Notes: generated by a model from the letters alone, not told the origin. A DNA stretch of 64,000 bases from an uncultured Gammaproteobacteria bacterium (GCA_964502815.1 CAZCXV010000001.1:71907-135906), one strand, 5' to 3'; positions 28,724 to 38,539 are shown, numbered from the stretch's first letter. Translations and numbers: made by a program.

Positions 28724-30691
28724 TTACTCGAGAGTCCAAAGATAAATCTTATTGCTCCTTAAAATGCAAGAATTTACTTTTGGTGCTTTGATTCTAACAT
28801 ATCTAGCTTTCTTTGCTGCTAAGAATAATGTCTCAGTAGAATCAATAGGTTCGTAATTAGTTACCTGATTTCCTGGTATAGTATCTGGTTCAGATTTCCA
28901 ATTTACTAAATCGCTTGACAGTTCAACAACTGAAAAATTGTTACTACAATCAACGATAGAAGGAATCTCTGCATATAATCTAGTAATCCTTTTTTCACTT
29001 CCCAAATCAATATAAATAGTGTTATCTATATTCTTAGGCAACAATTCATGTCTAGTTTCATTTTTACGCAATTCTTCCACTACATGGTCGGGATCATTCT
29101 TCCATATCTTAGCTAAAGCGACACCATCTACTGAAACTTCGTGGACGGGGGTCAAAAATGTTTCGATATAATCCCAACCATATGGATAAAGCCTAACTGG
29201 GTCATTATGAGTCAACTCTACCATGTATTCACCTTTTTGAAATATTCCACTCCAATTTAAGTTAGAAAAATCAATATCTTGCCTTAATTGTATAGTTGGT
29301 ATATTAGTCATCGTCCCTTGAACCAGAGCTATTCTCGCATTTTGCTCAGCATTATTATTCAACCATTGTGCTGCCTGAAAATAAGCGTTACCGAAACTGT
29401 TTCCCCAGTAAGGTATATTCCTTTGTACTGCTCCACGAATTCCCCCCACCAGAAAATTAAAGTAGACGTTCTGATTTGGATGAAGTTTGAAAAGTGAATA
29501 TACGGTAGGTAAAAAAAGAGAAGACAAAAGTATGGCGGCTAGAATAACAGTTTTTTTATAGGCTTTAACTCGAGCAAATATTTCGCTAATCCCAAATCCT
29601 ACCATTAATGCTAGCGCTGGAATAAACTCCATTATTTGCCTCACCCCTCCATAAATTGAGGCTCCAGGGACAGAAACCCGTAATATTGGTATTACCATCC
29701 ACAAAAGCCACAATACTGTCGCCTTGTTTTTACCCTTATCTTTTAAAACACAAACCATGCCAATTAATGCCAATGGCAATAACACTGGCGGAGTAGTGAT
29801 AATAATCCAGATCAAAGGATAACCATTGAACCCACCAGGTAAGATAAACCTGCTTTGGACATTTGATTCGGTTCCAATTTCTTTATAGTAACTCACAACA
29901 GACAACAAATTACCCAATGGGTCTTGCCATAAATATGGCCAAAAAAGAAACAGTATTGCCAGAGAAATTGCAGGAATTACTAAAAGTGAAATGATATATT
30001 TTTTAGCACTACGAAAGTTTTTCTTAAAGTAAAATAGCAAAAAGGGAAATATAATAAACGGCAGAAAAACAATATTAAACTTTATCCCTAAGGCTAATCC
30101 AGACGTCATAGCCGCAATAAACAGTAGATATGGTTTTCTTTTTTTAATAGCACGCCAAATTATAAATATTGTCAGAGAGTAAAACAGCGTCTGCGGCGGA
30201 TCTTTGATATTAAAGTGTGACTCAGCAAAAAATAACGGATAAGTTGACAATGCTATCTGGGAAAATATTGCTCCAATTAACCCAATCTCTTGATAAGCAA
30301 ATATCCCAATAAGGAGTACTAACAAAGCTGATGACAAAACAATAAACAAGTGATGGGCTTCAATATCACCCATAAGTCCTAGTTTCTGATAAAAAACTAT
30401 ATTAGTAAAAGCTGAAAGTATGCCATTTATTGGTGGATGACCCCCATCATCCTCTAAAAAATAACTTGCATTTTGAATATCACTTTGAAAATAACCTCTC
30501 TCCCCTTGTAAATCCTTGTAATCTTTATTGCCAGTTGTTAATAAATGAAAGTAAGCATGTCCTCTACGTAGGTGAATTGGGGTGTCCCAAGATATTCCAT
30601 AGTCAGATAACGTTCCAACACTAACTATGAAGAACAACAATGGAATAAGAAAAACTAAAAACTTGCTTTTGAGTTTTAGTATTGAATTCAC
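28724..30691 (-). CDS. GT-C (PMT/ArnT-like) membrane glycosyltransferase with C-terminal discoidin-like domain
   Basis: ISWDTP, GHPP, AESHFNIKD; C-terminal IDLGSEKRITRL...SSDLVNW...ARYVRI. Paralog of 21517..23478. Confidence 0.82.
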   Translation of the reverse strand: MNSILKLKSKFLVFLIPLLFFIVSVGTLSDYGISWDTPIHLRRGHAYFHLLTTGNKDYKDLQGERGYFQSDIQNASYFLEDDGGHPPINGILSAFTNIVFYQKLGLMGDIEAHHLFIVLSSALLVLLIGIFAYQEIGLIGAIFSQIALSTYPLFFAESHFNIKDPPQTLFYSLTIFIIWRAIKKRKPYLLFIAAMTSGLALGIKFNIVFLPFIIFPFLLFYFKKNFRSAKKYIISLLVIPAISLAILFLFWPYLWQDPLGNLLSVVSYYKEIGTESNVQSRFILPGGFNGYPLIWIIITTPPVLLPLALIGMVCVLKDKGKNKATVLWLLWMVIPILRVSVPGASIYGGVRQIMEFIPALALMVGFGISEIFARVKAYKKTVILAAILLSSLFLPTVYSLFKLHPNQNVYFNFLVGGIRGAVQRNIPYWGNSFGNAYFQAAQWLNNNAEQNARIALVQGTMTNIPTIQLRQDIDFSNLNWSGIFQKGEYMVELTHNDPVRLYPYGWDYIETFLTPVHEVSVDGVALAKIWKNDPDHVVEELRKNETRHELLPKNIDNTIYIDLGSEKRITRLYAEIPSIVDCSNNFSVVELSSDLVNWKSEPDTIPGNQVTNYEPIDSTETLFLAAKKARYVRIKAPKVNSCILRSNKIYLWTLE

Positions 30692-30698
30692 GATTAAT

Positions 30699-30704
30699 AT
30701 TATA
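30699..30704 (-). promoter_or_regulatory. Putative -10 box TATAAT 7 nt before GTG 30691
   Basis: Minus strand reads gcTATAATattaatcGTG in the 22-bp gap. Confidence 0.55.
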
Positions 30705-30713
30705 GCTTAAAAC

Positions 30714-31280
30714 TTAGCGAAGCTTCTCAAGAAGTGATGCTATGTGTTCCAAGTCAGAATTAAGTAAAGACTTTTGATTCTCTGGAACTTTACCATTTAT
30801 GAATTTTAACAAAGCCGCTTGTTTTTCGAGTGATGAAATAAACCTATCTTTAAGGTTACTATTAGATTGTCCTGATTCTTCAACCTTCTTCAACAAAGAA
30901 ATCACTTTATCTCTTTTTTGACGCGCATCACTTAATGTTTCTTTTGCGTTTGCATAATCTGCATCATTAATCAACTTTTCCGCTTCGACAATTCTTTTTT
31001 CCACTAAAACTATATTGTAGTCAGTTTTTTTATAATTACTAAAAATCACTAACTCTCTCAATTGCTCTTTAAGTAGCTTGAGAGGATAGATTGCGTTCCC
31101 TCTAGTTTTGCCTGCTGCAATAGGCCAAAACATCTCAAAAGAGCTAACTTCTGCCTTTTTTTCTTCGGGGGTTGGTGATTGAGAAAAAACCAAACTATAG
31201 TTAGGAACTACAACTAAAGCAATAAATCCAAACAGTAAAAGTAAACTTAGCAAACCTCTAACTCTTAACATAAAGACCAT
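30714..31280 (-). CDS. Exported/membrane-anchored helical protein, DUF5667-like
   Basis: N-terminal hydrophobic segment, then FWPI.AGK..G..IYPLK.LKE.L...IFS..KK......L.EKRI.EA. Confidence 0.75.
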   Translation of the reverse strand: MVFMLRVRGLLSLLLLFGFIALVVVPNYSLVFSQSPTPEEKKAEVSSFEMFWPIAAGKTRGNAIYPLKLLKEQLRELVIFSNYKKTDYNIVLVEKRIVEAEKLINDADYANAKETLSDARQKRDKVISLLKKVEESGQSNSNLKDRFISSLEKQAALLKFINGKVPENQKSLLNSDLEHIASLLEKLR

Positions 31281-32052
31281 TATAGGAGATGTAGAGAGAA
31301 GGTGTCAATATACGGAAAAAGAAACTATTATCCAAATAATTAACCATTTTCAGTAAACTCTTGATTCCAGAAGGAAACAATTTACCGATTAACATCAAAA
31401 CTGGAAAGAGCAATGTAAAAATGGGTATTGCTTCTTTTTTTACAATTTTAATACCAACTGACTTTGCCAATATTTCAATATCTTTTGGTGAAAAACTTAC
31501 AGCCGGAATTTCCCTATTTTTTTTTCCTCTTAACTTACTTACCAAACCTCCAAGGGTAACCAAGAAATAACCAAATGGTTCCCTTTCAATGATTACTATT
31601 TTTCCACCAGGCTTTAGCACTCTGGCTATTTCTGAAAAGACTTTCTTCTGTTCCTTTTTTTTCACTACATACATCAGTACAGTAACAATATATATTTGAT
31701 CAAACACGGAATTCTTAAAAGGCAGTGAAACAGCACTTGCTACGTAAGCTTTTCCTCTGGGGGACAATTTTCTATTAAAAATAGAGACATAATTTGAAGC
31801 AACGTCTACACCCACAACTTGAGAGCTGGGAAATTTCATTAAGATCTTCTCTGCAAGTCTTCCGTAACCACAACCAATTTCTAAAACTTTAGATTTTTTA
31901 GCCTTAATCGGTGCCATGACCTTTTTGGCCATCCAATCATCAAGATACATATTAACTTCCTTAGGAAACGACTTTGGCAGTACTCCTTCAATCAAGTCTT
32001 TATACTTTCTGCTTCTTTCTTCCCAAGCTGTTTTAATTTCAGTACTCTGCAT
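31258..32052 (-). CDS. Class I SAM-dependent methyltransferase
   Basis: LEIGCGYG, GVD, LPF....FD, RVLKPGG. Confidence 0.9.
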   Translation of the reverse strand: MQSTEIKTAWEERSRKYKDLIEGVLPKSFPKEVNMYLDDWMAKKVMAPIKAKKSKVLEIGCGYGRLAEKILMKFPSSQVVGVDVASNYVSIFNRKLSPRGKAYVASAVSLPFKNSVFDQIYIVTVLMYVVKKKEQKKVFSEIARVLKPGGKIVIIEREPFGYFLVTLGGLVSKLRGKKNREIPAVSFSPKDIEILAKSVGIKIVKKEAIPIFTLLFPVLMLIGKLFPSGIKSLLKMVNYLDNSFFFRILTPSLYISYNGLYVKS

Positions 32053-32067
32053 TTATGAAAAGTGTCC

Positions 32068-32097
32068 TTGAATATCTGTGGACAACTAAAATATAAT
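32068..32097 (+). promoter_or_regulatory. Putative sigma70 promoter for 32118..33209
   Basis: TTGAAT (32068-32073), 18-nt spacer, TATAAT (32092-32097). Confidence 0.4.
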
Positions 32098-32117
32098 TCA
32101 AAAAACCACAAGATACA

Positions 32118-33209
32118 ATGGTGTTAAGAATAATCAGAAATTGCTTGATCTGGGTAGGCAGAGTAACAACTAAAATAGTTTTAATTAGTTTGCCTTCTTT
32201 TTTTATTGCTTTCATATTTCTTGAGGTTATTACTAGACTCATTTTGACCGCCAGCGATTCTCCAAAAGTAGCTTTTAACCCAACGCTAGGAATGATATAT
32301 AAGCCAAGTCAAAATGGGAAATATATAAAAGGTACAGAAATGAAAGCTATCTATAAAATAAATAACGAAGGCTGGAATTCCACACACAATTACAAAACTG
32401 ACAAAGCCAGTGAAACTTTAAGAGTTGCAGTTGTGGGGGATTCTTTTGTCGAAGCGTTTCAGGTTGATTATGACAAATCATATCCTTATGTTCTGGAAAA
32501 TCATTTAAAAGAAAGCGGCATAAAAAGCGAAATTTATTCATTTGGACATTCAGGGTCAAACCTGGTTCACTATTTAGAAACCTTAAAATATGTCGATCAA
32601 CATTTCAAACCCGACTTGTACATCGTCAATATTGTTGACAATGATTTTAAAGAAAGTTTCTATGGCATAGCTAGAAAAGATAATTGGTCTGTAACCCTAG
32701 CAAATACAAAAATAGATCAGATTTCTCCCCAGGAAAGCAAAAATTTGCTTGTTAAACAAATTGCCAGAACTTCAGCTTTTATAAGATATCTAACTATCAA
32801 TCTTGATGTTATCAATAACTCAAAAATCGCAAACAAAATATTTTATTCTGATTTGAAAAATTACAAACAGGATGTTTATCGTCCTGATATCCATGATATG
32901 GAAATTGTCGTTTCCTGGGTTTTGGACGAATACAAAAAGGCAAGTAATTCAAACTTGGTCCTAGTTCTGGATGCAAACACTAAATACCAAGATCCAGAAT
33001 ACCCAGCATATCGAGCACTTATCACTAAGCTCTCAAGAGAAAAACAAATAGATCTGATCGACCTTGAAGGTCCCTTTAAGCATGACCAAAACCCAGATGA
33101 TTTTATATGGAAAGGTGACTACCATTGGACAGAAAAAGGGCATAAATTAGTTGCAGATAGTTTATTCAACTGGATGACTACCACTAAATATCTTACTAAT
33201 CAGCACTAA
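32118..33209 (+). CDS. SGNH/GDSL hydrolase-family protein, N-terminally anchored
   Basis: VGDSFVE, DND, DYHW..GH blocks; N-terminal TM segment. Confidence 0.82.
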   Translation: MVLRIIRNCLIWVGRVTTKIVLISLPSFFIAFIFLEVITRLILTASDSPKVAFNPTLGMIYKPSQNGKYIKGTEMKAIYKINNEGWNSTHNYKTDKASETLRVAVVGDSFVEAFQVDYDKSYPYVLENHLKESGIKSEIYSFGHSGSNLVHYLETLKYVDQHFKPDLYIVNIVDNDFKESFYGIARKDNWSVTLANTKIDQISPQESKNLLVKQIARTSAFIRYLTINLDVINNSKIANKIFYSDLKNYKQDVYRPDIHDMEIVVSWVLDEYKKASNSNLVLVLDANTKYQDPEYPAYRALITKLSREKQIDLIDLEGPFKHDQNPDDFIWKGDYHWTEKGHKLVADSLFNWMTTTKYLTNQH

Positions 33210-34298
33210 ACTCAGTTGTCTAGACTTTTCCCAAGTAAAGTTCTTACTCCAGGCTAGCGCCCCTTTGGCTAAGAATGCAAATCTATTTTTGTCAGTTACT
33301 AGGTCATGTATTTGTTGCGCTAACATCTGAGGTGTATTTTCTCTACAAATTATCCCGCTTAATCCATCTTTTATTGAATCAATAAGTCCTTGGGAATTGT
33401 AGGCAACGACAGGAGTTCCAACAGCATTGGCTTCAATGTTAACCAAACCCCAGCCTTCACGAATTGATGGATTCACCATAACATGACTTTTAGCCAAAAG
33501 AACAAACTTGTCCTCCTGATTAACAAAGCCAAAAAATTTAACCCGCTTGGTTAATCCTAAGCTTGCAGTCATTTTTTTGAGAAATTCAACATAGTCACGA
33601 TCTCCCTTGCCAACAACCCAAAACTGATAATCATCGTTTTTACCAAGAATGGAAAATACTTTTATGGCATCTTCAATACCTTTATCTTTTGCCAAAGCTC
33701 CCAGAAAAATGATTGTTTTCTTTTTTTCTTTTGCAGGTAATTTTTTCGGCAAATTCAAAATAACTCCATGTGGAACTATGATAATATTTTTTTCTTCAAT
33801 ACCCACATTTAGTAATTCCTTTTTGGCTGATTCAGATCCAGTCATAAACGGAACATCTTTATAAAAAAGAAAGAATAATGGTTCAACAATAAAACCTATT
33901 GGTCCCAAAATATAATTTAGGCCCAAGGGTAATGGGTATTTAAACCATACCTCTCTGGTTAGTTCTTGAATAACGGCCAACTTTGGCTTTCTTACATATA
34001 GTGGCGTAAAGAATGACCAACCATGGAATTGATCAATCACCAAATCAAATCTTTCGTGTTTACTAAATGAGTACCAAAAAAATGCCATCAGTTGAACAGT
34101 CAAATATTGACTTCCTTTTCTGAGAATTTTCACGCCGTCTAAATTTTCCTTATCTAAAGCTCCTGGAAAAGTTGAAGTAAACAAAGTTACACTATGTCCT
34201 GCCTCGATCCAACCCTTCATGTGTTCATGCATCACCTGCTCTGCTCCCCCTGCAAGGGGGTGCTTCGGATCACGCCAGGAAAAAACTAAAATATTCAT
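33162..34298 (-). CDS. GT4 glycosyltransferase
   Basis: WRD..HP.AGGAE, KG, EGWGLV.IEANA.GTP. Confidence 0.92.
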   Translation of the reverse strand: MNILVFSWRDPKHPLAGGAEQVMHEHMKGWIEAGHSVTLFTSTFPGALDKENLDGVKILRKGSQYLTVQLMAFFWYSFSKHERFDLVIDQFHGWSFFTPLYVRKPKLAVIQELTREVWFKYPLPLGLNYILGPIGFIVEPLFFLFYKDVPFMTGSESAKKELLNVGIEEKNIIIVPHGVILNLPKKLPAKEKKKTIIFLGALAKDKGIEDAIKVFSILGKNDDYQFWVVGKGDRDYVEFLKKMTASLGLTKRVKFFGFVNQEDKFVLLAKSHVMVNPSIREGWGLVNIEANAVGTPVVAYNSQGLIDSIKDGLSGIICRENTPQMLAQQIHDLVTDKNRFAFLAKGALAWSKNFTWEKSRQLSLVLISKIFSGSHPVE

Positions 34299-34299
34299 C

Positions 34300-35070
34300 T
34301 TAGTTTACTAACCAATTCTCTCTGTTCCTATCATCATAATAATGAAGAATTTTAAGTCTATAAAAAACAGCCAATGTATCCCAAGCCATTTTAAAAATTG
34401 TTGACCATCTGATGTGCGACGTTCTCTCATCAAAATGAACTTCTATCGGTCCTTCAAAAATGCGTTTGAAACCTAAATATTTAGCAACAGCCAATATTTC
34501 TATATCCATCGCATATCTTTTAACCAATAACCTTGGAAGAATTTTTTCGATTACTTCCCTGCGAAAAATCTTTATTCCACTTTGAGTGTCAGTTAATGGT
34601 AATCCGAAGAGTATTTTCACCCCAAAATGATAACCAATACTAAAAATATGCCTTAAAGGCGGATAATTCACCTGTGACACTGGGTGTCTTTTGGAACCAA
34701 CAATGATGTCAGCATTATACCAATCCATATGTGCCATGAGCATCATTATACCCTTAGGAGAAATATCCATCCCAGCATCTAAAAATGATATTAAACTTCC
34801 CTGTGCCTTACTCATTCCATATCTGACAGCATAACCTTTACCAGCATTATCTGGGTATGCAAATATTTTTATGTGCTGTGATTTTACTTTTCTGGCCTCT
34901 TTGTCTGACTGGTCCAGTCTACCGTCAACCACACAAATGATCTCATAATCATAGTCACGGGCTAATCCTTTCGCCACAGTTCTATCAATATTCTCAAGAT
35001 CTTTCTTAATTGTTTTTTCTTGTTTATATGTGGGGACAATTATTGACAATAATTTCTTATTTTCCACCAT
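34300..35070 (-). CDS. GT2 glycosyltransferase, polyprenyl-phosphate sugar synthase-like
   Basis: N.GKGYAVR.G, FLDAGMDI, GSKRHP.S, DTQSGIK.F, A.DIE.L. Confidence 0.88.
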   Translation of the reverse strand: MVENKKLLSIIVPTYKQEKTIKKDLENIDRTVAKGLARDYDYEIICVVDGRLDQSDKEARKVKSQHIKIFAYPDNAGKGYAVRYGMSKAQGSLISFLDAGMDISPKGIMMLMAHMDWYNADIIVGSKRHPVSQVNYPPLRHIFSIGYHFGVKILFGLPLTDTQSGIKIFRREVIEKILPRLLVKRYAMDIEILAVAKYLGFKRIFEGPIEVHFDERTSHIRWSTIFKMAWDTLAVFYRLKILHYYDDRNRENWLVN

Positions 35071-36322
35071 ATACCTTTACCCTTCTTTTTTGCATTTGAG
35101 AAAAAATTAGATAGAGTATCAAAAACACTAATAATACCGATACGCTAGTCAATGATATTTGAATTATTTGTAATATACTACCATGAAAGAACCATATTCC
35201 TACAACCTGTGCAATAACGGCGAGTAGTGGCAACAGTACGATTTTCGTACGATTAACCGAAAGTAAAAAATTCACAAGTATATAGCAGGTTGTATAGACA
35301 CCAATAAACATCCCCATCCAAACCAACTCACGACTTGCAGCTAAGTATTTTTGGCCATATAAAGTTCCAATTGCAATTTCTGGGAAAAACTTATAAAAGA
35401 GAACTATAATTCCTGATATACTTGCCGTTGCGATAAATGAAACAATAAAAATAAGCCGATATTTCTCCCCTCTTGACCTGTTGCCTACTACAATTGGAAA
35501 CATAGTTGCTGTTATGGGTTGAGCCGCAAAATAGACAATTTTGCCCAACATTGAAAGCGAAGCAAAGAGACCAGCTTCAAATTCTGGTAGAAAATGTCTG
35601 GCAAGCATAATATCAACAGAAAAAATAGCTGTGAACGCTAATGCTTGAATAAGAACAGGAAGCGCGTACTTCAAGAACCTCACAATCTCAAAGTTTGCTT
35701 TGATCTTCTTTGAACTAAAAGTATTTCCTTTCAATTTAACTGTAACAATATAAGTAATCAAAAGTCCTAGAAGCATTCCTCCCATTGCGCCAGAAACCGA
35801 AAACCCCAATAGGACAAAGATAACGCCAAATGCTAATTTTAGAAATGCTGAAACGAAATTTGGGATAACAACACCTCTAAATCTAAGTATCCCCTGCATT
35901 GAGGCTTGCTCAACCAATATTATTAAGGAAAAAAAGAGCATTGGCCCAACAAATATAATGTTAACTATATCCTTTACATGTAAAAACCAAGCTATGAGGG
36001 GTGAAATAAAAACTGTCAATAGTGATGAACTAATTGCCAATTTCCACACAAACTGTCTAATGGTTACATAAATATTGGCTCTCTCTTTATTATCTTTTGC
36101 CTCAGATATAAATTTAACGATTGCAAAACTTGAGGAAATCGGCACGATCGCAATTAAATAAAGGATTGAAAATATACTAGCAAGTATTCCATATTCTCCC
36201 ACGCTTAAAAGCCTTCCCATGACAAAATGGTAGGTAAAACTCAAGACATTAGTCGCCATTCCACCAACAAACATGACAAAACTACCCGAAAACAATGGAT
36301 GAGAAATTATTTTTTTGATCAT
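35057..36322 (-). CDS. Oligosaccharide flippase (Wzx/MOP superfamily)
   Basis: About 12 TM segments; GRLLS..EYG, D....RHF....AG. Confidence 0.85.
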   Translation of the reverse strand: MIKKIISHPLFSGSFVMFVGGMATNVLSFTYHFVMGRLLSVGEYGILASIFSILYLIAIVPISSSFAIVKFISEAKDNKERANIYVTIRQFVWKLAISSSLLTVFISPLIAWFLHVKDIVNIIFVGPMLFFSLIILVEQASMQGILRFRGVVIPNFVSAFLKLAFGVIFVLLGFSVSGAMGGMLLGLLITYIVTVKLKGNTFSSKKIKANFEIVRFLKYALPVLIQALAFTAIFSVDIMLARHFLPEFEAGLFASLSMLGKIVYFAAQPITATMFPIVVGNRSRGEKYRLIFIVSFIATASISGIIVLFYKFFPEIAIGTLYGQKYLAASRELVWMGMFIGVYTTCYILVNFLLSVNRTKIVLLPLLAVIAQVVGIWFFHGSILQIIQISLTSVSVLLVFLILYLIFSQMQKRRVKVYGGK

Positions 36323-36325
36323 AAG

Positions 36326-37462
36326 TTAGCTTAACCAAAAGCCTCTGGCAAACAGACTTAATGATACAGCTTGAAGTAAAATTAACAAAGCCACAACTAG
36401 ATAGCTAAGGTATTTTGGCCACCTTATTAAGTAGATAGTCATCATCATAAATAGAGGAAAGGCAGCTAAAACATACCTCGGCATCGAAGAAAAACTTCCC
36501 GAAAAAGTCGGAATTAAATAAGTTAAGAAAGAAAATACAACATAATCAAGCCTGACCTTTTTAAAAGACACAATTATAAGTAATAAAAACAAGTTTGCTA
36601 TTCCAAATTCCAATACAGTTGTAAATACAACCGGGAAGTAGCCCCATGACAAATTAGGGAGAATCTTAAAAATGTATCTGTAAAAAACTTGGGGGAGAAA
36701 AATCAAACTTGCAGATCTTTGATCTCCAAAAATGGAAATTGTATTCAAGAAGTTTATTGGGTCTCCAGTTATCCTATATAGGTAAATCATATATATTCCC
36801 AAACCTAAAGGAATTAAAAAAAGAGTAACTAAATACCTTGGGTCTTTCTTTTTAAGAAAATCAAAAAATAAACTAGGAAATAAAGATAGGCCTACGATTC
36901 TGGTTGCAGACAAAAGCCCTCCAAAAATACCAGCAAGCAAATATTTTTGCTTTCTAAAAAAATAAAAAGACCACACTGAAAGTAGCAAAAACAAACTTTC
37001 TGTGTAGAAAGCTGCAAAATAAAATGCGGTTGGAAAAGCCAAAAGCAAAACTATTGTAAGCTTTGCAGTTTTCTCATCAAATTCAAGCTTTATTAGTTTC
37101 CATAAGCCAATTAAGGCTACGAGAAACGCTAGATTAGAAACTACTAAGCCAGTAAAGGCTATATTTCCTAAAGATTTTGGTAGTAGGTTACTAATAAAAC
37201 TTACTATTTTTGGATATAAAGGAAAATAGAAATATTGCAAATTTTTGTATCCATTCTGAGAAATGGATAGATAATGTTCACCATCAAAATTTACCCAACT
37301 CCAAAAATATGGTTTCGCTTGGTAATTATTTTTTCCTCCTCCCAAAAAATTAGCCTGCAATGGCACAAAATTGACTGCTAAAAACAAAACTGCAAACAAG
37401 GCCAGTCGCCAAAAAAGAAATGAAAACAGTGGAAATTTGTAATTATTTAGAAGCTTTTTCAT
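36326..37462 (-). CDS. PIG-V/GPI18-like (GT76-type) lipid-phosphate-mannose-dependent mannosyltransferase
   Basis: W.NFDGEHYL.I..NGY, FPLYP, FP.AFY....YTESLF, ATR..G, S.PRY. Confidence 0.8.
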   Translation of the reverse strand: MKKLLNNYKFPLFSFLFWRLALFAVLFLAVNFVPLQANFLGGGKNNYQAKPYFWSWVNFDGEHYLSISQNGYKNLQYFYFPLYPKIVSFISNLLPKSLGNIAFTGLVVSNLAFLVALIGLWKLIKLEFDEKTAKLTIVLLLAFPTAFYFAAFYTESLFLLLSVWSFYFFRKQKYLLAGIFGGLLSATRIVGLSLFPSLFFDFLKKKDPRYLVTLFLIPLGLGIYMIYLYRITGDPINFLNTISIFGDQRSASLIFLPQVFYRYIFKILPNLSWGYFPVVFTTVLEFGIANLFLLLIIVSFKKVRLDYVVFSFLTYLIPTFSGSFSSMPRYVLAAFPLFMMMTIYLIRWPKYLSYLVVALLILLQAVSLSLFARGFWLS

Positions 37463-38534
37463 AGGTCAAATATGTTTGTTTGGCAGTTTTTTCCCAGGAA
37501 AATTGCTTCAATCTCTCTTTTCCTTTGGCTATAAGCTCATTTCTAAGTTTTTTGTCACTTGCTAGCTGCTTAATTTTATCAGCTAAATCCTTATAGTCAT
37601 TTGGATCTGCATATAGGCAGGCTTGTCCTCCTACTTCAACCAAGACTTGAGTTTTACTGGCAACTACCGGTAAATCCATAGAGAAAGCTTCCAACAAAGG
37701 CAAACCAAAGCCTTCATATAAGGATGGCTGACAGTAAAGAGTTGCAAGCTGCATTACCGCGCCTAAATCATTAACTGAAACAAAACCAAGCCTGTAGACC
37801 TCTTTATTGTTTTTTATTGCTTTAAAAATACTCTTGTAGTGAGCTAGTTGGGGGTGAGGCTTATTTAGAACAAATCTAAGGTAGTCCATTGGTCCTTTTA
37901 GAAGTCTTAAGTCTTGACCAAGGTTTTCAATTTCCCTGGCCTGCTTGCCAACAATAACTAGGGAAATATGCGCAAATTTACAAGCTTTTATTAAGTTAGG
38001 GATATTTTTATTGTAATTAATATCTCCTATATAAAGGACAAATTTTTCTGGCAAATTGAATTTCTTCTTAACTTCCTGAAGTTTCTCTGGAGAATGTTTT
38101 TTTAGGCCCTTTTGGGGACCTAAATAAACTACCTCAACCTTATTTGGGTCAACTCCCATAAATCTAACAATATCTTTCTTGGAAGTTTGGGAATCAGTCA
38201 AAATGATTTTTGCGCCTTGGGCTTTTTTCTTTTGAGACATGAATCTTAATTTCCCCTTTAGTCCTGGTGGGTAGTTTTTGGGGTAGATAAGGGGGATTAG
38301 GTCGTGGATAGTTATTACATAATTTACACTTTCAATATTGTTTGGAAAAGTGTTTACAAAGGGATTAAAGTGAGGGATGTGAATTAAGTCATATTTCATA
38401 AGGTCTGCAAAGTCCACATCTATCTCCTCTACCCTTGACCCTAAGGCCGAAATTAAGTTTTTGGTGTAAAAACCTACCCCCCTGATGGCATGGCCAGACT
38501 TTGTTGGTCCTGCATCAATGGCAACTTTCAGCAT
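37443..38534 (-). CDS. GT4 glycosyltransferase
   Basis: RGVG.Y, TIHDLIP, KN, PSLYEGFGLP.LEA, FSWEKTA. Confidence 0.92.
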   Translation of the reverse strand: MLKVAIDAGPTKSGHAIRGVGFYTKNLISALGSRVEEIDVDFADLMKYDLIHIPHFNPFVNTFPNNIESVNYVITIHDLIPLIYPKNYPPGLKGKLRFMSQKKKAQGAKIILTDSQTSKKDIVRFMGVDPNKVEVVYLGPQKGLKKHSPEKLQEVKKKFNLPEKFVLYIGDINYNKNIPNLIKACKFAHISLVIVGKQAREIENLGQDLRLLKGPMDYLRFVLNKPHPQLAHYKSIFKAIKNNKEVYRLGFVSVNDLGAVMQLATLYCQPSLYEGFGLPLLEAFSMDLPVVASKTQVLVEVGGQACLYADPNDYKDLADKIKQLASDKKLRNELIAKGKERLKQFSWEKTAKQTYLTYEKASK

Positions 38535-38539
38535 ATTTT

